Below the pieces are notes generated by a model. That model was given only the letters and a program-made list of their open reading frames with translations. It did not search any database and was not told where the DNA came from. This document shows positions 60,234-64,000 of a stretch of DNA of 64,000 nucleotides, in pieces; positions within the stretch are counted from its first letter, which is position 1, and every line of letters starts with the position of its first letter. This stretch comes from an uncultured Nitrospiraceae bacterium (GTDB taxonomy: Bacteria > Nitrospirota > Nitrospiria > Nitrospirales > Nitrospiraceae): contig CAWJWJ010000001.1 of NCBI GenBank assembly GCA_963846575.1, forward strand, positions 96,001 through 160,000. The letters are read 5' to 3'. The position numbers and the translations under genes were made by a program.

Positions 60234-61253
60234 TTAATCGAGAATGAATTTGGTCGGATCAAGCGCCTGACCGTTTTTCTTCACCATGTAGTGGAGGTGG
60301 GGCCCGGTGGAAAGACCAGTGCTTCCGACAAGAGCCACGACATCACCACGCTTTACACGCTGTCCCTCTTTCACAAGAGACTTGGCAAGATGTCCGTACA
60401 CAGTTTCAATACCGTACCCATGATCCAACTTGACCATGTTACCCATTTTTGAGTCGAACGCGACTGTGACGACACGCCCCAGCGCCGGAGCTTGAACCGG
60501 AGCATTGGGCGAAGCGCCGATGTCAAGGCCGTCATGCCAGGCCGGCTTCTCTGTAAAAGGAGAAACCCGAGGGCCAAACGCGGAGGTCACCCAGCCGCGC
60601 ACAGGCCAAATCGAAGGGGTTGATGCCCATTGGGTAGAGCGCTGCTCTGCGATTTGAGCCAGATTTTGCAAGGCCTCCTCCTGCTGAGCCGCTTCGCGCA
60701 CCAGGGCCTCAATGCTGTCGCGCACTTGTTGTGCGATTTCTTCTATATTTTCTGTACTGAAGTCAGCGTCCGCCTGGGTACTCTCACGGGCGTCCGAGGT
60801 CTGCTGACGCGGTTCGGTACCGGATAAGGTCGCCCCGCTCCGCTGTAGACTCTCCCTGCCATCCGGCATAGGACCGTCATCGCCACCCCGCCCGTTTGCC
60901 AGATCGCCCGCTGGCTTTGTTGTATCAATTCCCAGCATGACACGAAGACGCTGATTAACTTCTCCCATGACCGACAGGCGTTTTTTTAAATCATCAATTG
61001 CGGCCGAAAAGGCGGCTGTTTGTTCACGCGCCCCCATGGCCTCGGCCCGAAAAGCGGACAATTGCCACACTTCCCCAGTCCGAATGACGTAATGGGAAAC
61101 AACCAGCAGATCCGCGACAATTAAAATGGCGGCAAGAATCAGGAGCTTGCGCAAAAATTTGCGCGGGAAGCTAAATCGCAGGGGCTTCGAGGATGATCCT
61201 CTAAAGACGACAATGGTGTAGGCGTCACTGGTTTCGGCCGTTTGCTGACTCAT
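60234..61253 (-). CDS. M23 family peptidoglycan peptidase
   Basis: TM + coiled coil; HDGLD, YGHL, TGPHLHY. Confidence 0.9.
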   Translation of the reverse strand: MSQQTAETSDAYTIVVFRGSSSKPLRFSFPRKFLRKLLILAAILIVADLLVVSHYVIRTGEVWQLSAFRAEAMGAREQTAAFSAAIDDLKKRLSVMGEVNQRLRVMLGIDTTKPAGDLANGRGGDDGPMPDGRESLQRSGATLSGTEPRQQTSDARESTQADADFSTENIEEIAQQVRDSIEALVREAAQQEEALQNLAQIAEQRSTQWASTPSIWPVRGWVTSAFGPRVSPFTEKPAWHDGLDIGASPNAPVQAPALGRVVTVAFDSKMGNMVKLDHGYGIETVYGHLAKSLVKEGQRVKRGDVVALVGSTGLSTGPHLHYMVKKNGQALDPTKFILD

Positions 61254-61371
61254 ACGACGGTCTCCCCTTCACGAGTTATCCCTGACTTCGGGCCCACCAC
61301 TGCCTGCAGTGTACTGATCTGTGGCTTGATGGTCAACCCCTGGCAGTCAAATATTAATAGATTAGAATCAA

Positions 61372-61722
61372 CTACTTATGCGTTTCCGCCTTGATCCATT
61401 CCAAATACGTCGCGGACCCCCTGACGATAGGAAGAGCGATGATTTCCGGAACACTGTAACTATGATGCTTCCGAATAAGCGCTTCGAGTTCAGCATATCG
61501 ATCCAAGGTAGTTTTGAAAAGAATCAGACATTCATTCTCCACATGCATCTCATTGTCCCACCGAAAAATTGACTGCATACCTTTCACGACATTCGCACAA
61601 GCAGCCACCCCTGAAGATACAGATAAGACACCAAGCTGTTGGGCCTCCTCAGCGGACGAGGCGGTAACGAGTACGACAATATCCGATACAGCTATATCCA
61701 CGGCCCCTCCATCACAAAGCAA
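61372..61722 (-). CDS. cutA: Divalent-cation tolerance protein CutA
   Basis: AACAN, SIFRW, HSYSVPEI, YLEW; start may be GTG 61701. Confidence 0.9.
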   Translation of the reverse strand: MLCDGGAVDIAVSDIVVLVTASSAEEAQQLGVLSVSSGVAACANVVKGMQSIFRWDNEMHVENECLILFKTTLDRYAELEALIRKHHSYSVPEIIALPIVRGSATYLEWIKAETHK

Positions 61723-62003
61723 ATAACATGCCTACAGACTCGCCAACGGCATCGGAAATCATAACTTATCAAAGCTTTATAAAATATTGGGTGGTTCGCT
61801 TCTTTCTGTTATGAGGGCAGAATAATGGTCGGTATGTGAACATTGTGCTGAAAAATGAACAACTCAACTCTACCCCACAGTAGCCCTTGCCCATTGCGCC
61901 ATCATACTTTGCAAAATTCCTTGGTCGTTTAATACATTACAAATCAGAGCACACCTCTCCACTTGAGCAGAAGGGCCGATCAGCAACTGAACACTTGTCA
62001 GAG

Positions 62004-62033
62004 TTGACACTCCTTTTCCGGCTCCCTTATGAT
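62004..62033 (+). promoter_or_regulatory. Sigma70 promoter TTGACA-N18-TATGAT
   Basis: Near-consensus hexamers ~30 bp before the rhodanese ATG. Confidence 0.65.
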
Positions 62034-62065
62034 CCGGTCATATTGATGCAGATGGAGGTGCACTG

Positions 62066-62386
62066 ATGAGCTTTACAATTACTCCCAAGGATTTAAAGGC
62101 GAGGCTGGATAAGGGCGACAAACTCGTACTCGTGGACGTCCGGGAGCCGTGGGAATATGCTCTGGCCAAACTAGAAGGATCGGTGCTGGTTCCGTTAGCA
62201 ACCCTTCAACAGTCGCTCGGCAAACTCGATCGCAATTCTGAAATCATCGCGTATTGCCACCATGGCATGAGAAGTGCGGATGCGACGGGATTTCTGCTGC
62301 AACAAGGGTTTGGAAATGTAAAGAATTTGATCGGAGGCATCGACGCCTGGTCTACCCAAGTCGACCCATCCGTCCCCCGTTACTAA
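62066..62386 (+). CDS. Rhodanese-domain sulfurtransferase
   Basis: VDVREPWE, YCHHGMRS, GGIDAW; GGAGG SD. Confidence 0.9.
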   Translation: MSFTITPKDLKARLDKGDKLVLVDVREPWEYALAKLEGSVLVPLATLQQSLGKLDRNSEIIAYCHHGMRSADATGFLLQQGFGNVKNLIGGIDAWSTQVDPSVPRY

Positions 62387-62395
62387 CGCAAGCTT

Positions 62396-63319
62396 TTACC
62401 CGATTTGTTCTCGGAAATACTCGACCGTCCGCCGCAACCCCTCACGGAGATCAACCCTGGACTCCCACCCCAGGTCATGGTGAAGTTTAGCAGAATCGAT
62501 GACACTCCTCGCTTGCTCGCCTCTCTTCGCCGGACCGTGTAATTCCTTGAACTCAACCTTGGTAAGTTCCACCACGACCCGGAATAAATCGTTGATGGAG
62601 GTCTCGATGCCCGTACCGACGTTGTACACTCCCTCGACGTCGAGACCCATTGCCATCAAATTGGCCTCGACCACATCCTCGACATATACAAAGTCTCTGG
62701 TCTGTCGACCATTTCCATTCACCACCGCTTGCTCGCCATGGAGCATTTTCTGAATAAAAATTGCGACGACACCAGCTTCTCCTTCAGGATCCTGCCGCGG
62801 TCCATAAACATTGGCATATCGCAGACTCACGACCTGAATACCGCTCGAACGATGGTAATATGACAGGTAGTGCTCCCCGCACAATTTACTGATGCCATAA
62901 GGGGAAGCTGGCTGAGTGACATGGCTTTCCGGCGCTGGAAAGGTGACCTGTTCTCCATAGATGGCTCCGCCGGAAGAGGAAAAAATGACCTTCCTCGCCC
63001 CATGCTTGGAAGCCTGTTCGAGCACATTCAGCGTCCCGAGAACATTGACCTGCGCATCGAACATCGGGTCCTCCACCGAACGGCGGACATTCATTTGCGC
63101 AGCCAAATGAAAAACCACGGAGGGTCGCTCGTTGCGAAAGATCCGTTCTAGTTTTTGATTTTCGATATCTAGCTTATAGAATTGGACCAGTTTGGGGACA
63201 TTCTTTCGCTTTCCCGTAACAAGATTATCAACAACGACCACCTCGTGCCCTTCCTGGAGCAGGCGATCCACCACATGCGACCCGATAAACCCCGCCCCTC
63301 CCGTAACTAAAACTTTCAT
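62396..63319 (-). CDS. NAD-dependent epimerase/dehydratase (UDP-glucose 4-epimerase-like)
   Basis: TGGAGFIG, YGISK, RYANVYGP, QTRDFVYV. Confidence 0.9.
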   Translation of the reverse strand: MKVLVTGGAGFIGSHVVDRLLQEGHEVVVVDNLVTGKRKNVPKLVQFYKLDIENQKLERIFRNERPSVVFHLAAQMNVRRSVEDPMFDAQVNVLGTLNVLEQASKHGARKVIFSSSGGAIYGEQVTFPAPESHVTQPASPYGISKLCGEHYLSYYHRSSGIQVVSLRYANVYGPRQDPEGEAGVVAIFIQKMLHGEQAVVNGNGRQTRDFVYVEDVVEANLMAMGLDVEGVYNVGTGIETSINDLFRVVVELTKVEFKELHGPAKRGEQARSVIDSAKLHHDLGWESRVDLREGLRRTVEYFREQIG

Positions 63320-63489
63320 ACCTGTTCTCGCCTCTCATTCCCGACAGCCATGAATAGCCCCTGAGCGAATATTCGAAGGTCAGCGTACACCTTCTCCATC
63401 CTTGGGCAAAGCGTTTTCGTTTGACACTACGAATGTTAGATCACGACACTTCCTTACCGACTGGTCCACATTTGCATTCGGAGAGACTT

Positions 63490-64000
63490 TTACTCCTGCC
63501 GCCGAAACCAGGCCAACATTTCCCGATTTCCCTTGCGCCCCTCAATGGGCGACTCCATTCGGCCCGCTAACATCCACCCCAGCTGATGGGCACAAGTCAC
63601 TACTTTTTTAGCCGACTCCTGCCGCAAACCGTCATCTCGAACAATCCCTCCTCGTCCGACAAGACCTTTTCCCACCTCGAACTGAGGTTTGATCAAGGTG
63701 ATAATGGAGCCTGAATCTTTCAAATATGGCACGACGCAAGGCAAGACAATGGTGAGCGAGATAAACGAGACGTCGATGACGATCAGGTCGATTGGATCGC
63801 GGATAAACCCCTCCTCAAGATACCGAACGTTGGTTCGCTCCTTGAGCAACACGCGGGGATCTTGCCGAAGCCGCCAGTCGAACTGCCCATACCCGACATC
63901 GATGGCGTAGACGCGCACTGCACCTCGTTGCAGAAGACAATCAGTGAATCCGCCTGTGGAACAGCCGACATCAAAACAGACCATTCCTGTCGGATCGAAC
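63490..64000 (-). CDS. tlyA: TlyA rRNA 2'-O-methyltransferase (5' end outside the window)
   Basis: DVGCSTGGFTD, DVGYGQ, DVSFISL, LIKPQFE, SPIEG.KGN.E. Confidence 0.92.
   Translation of the reverse strand, partial: FDPTGMVCFDVGCSTGGFTDCLLQRGAVRVYAIDVGYGQFDWRLRQDPRVLLKERTNVRYLEEGFIRDPIDLIVIDVSFISLTIVLPCVVPYLKDSGSIITLIKPQFEVGKGLVGRGGIVRDDGLRQESAKKVVTCAHQLGWMLAGRMESPIEGRKGNREMLAWFRRQE

Noticed and set aside
1..64000. CRISPR arrays, tRNA/rRNA, IS elements, and the many long antisense ORFs in the track
   Set aside because: No repeat-spacer periodicity, cloverleaf or transposase motifs seen; antisense ORFs are shadows of real genes in GC-rich DNA

Overview
A GC-rich bacterial chromosomal segment. 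Gene content suggests Nitrospira (inference, not verified by search). About 65 CDSs are supported. No rRNA, tRNA, CRISPR array, integrase or transposase was recognised. The first ~56 kb is a patchwork of accessory genes: a DUF2024-MarR pair with a perfect operator palindrome, MFS transporters, ppa-deaD, a 1875-aa two-kinase hybrid sensor, two paralogous di-cupredoxin-like exported proteins, a flavin-binding-barrel + barrel-GAF-winged-helix operon preceded by 11-bp-phased CCTAA repeats, a P-loop-dead AAA+ fragment, an ATP-dependent DNA ligase, an FHA-PrsW protease, a DehI-like dehalogenase coupled to an alpha/beta hydrolase, an arsM-like + arsS arsenosugar module and an arsR-arsM-acr3-arsC operon with two ArsR boxes. 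Features missed by the ORF track include two decayed pseudogenes (RibD/DHFR-like, SnoaL-like) and a 44-aa membrane microprotein with a sigma54-type promoter. From ~56.4 kb the window holds core genes (hflK, hflC, fhs, M23 peptidase, cutA, rhodanese, NDP-sugar epimerase, tlyA). All family calls come from motif recognition, not database searches.
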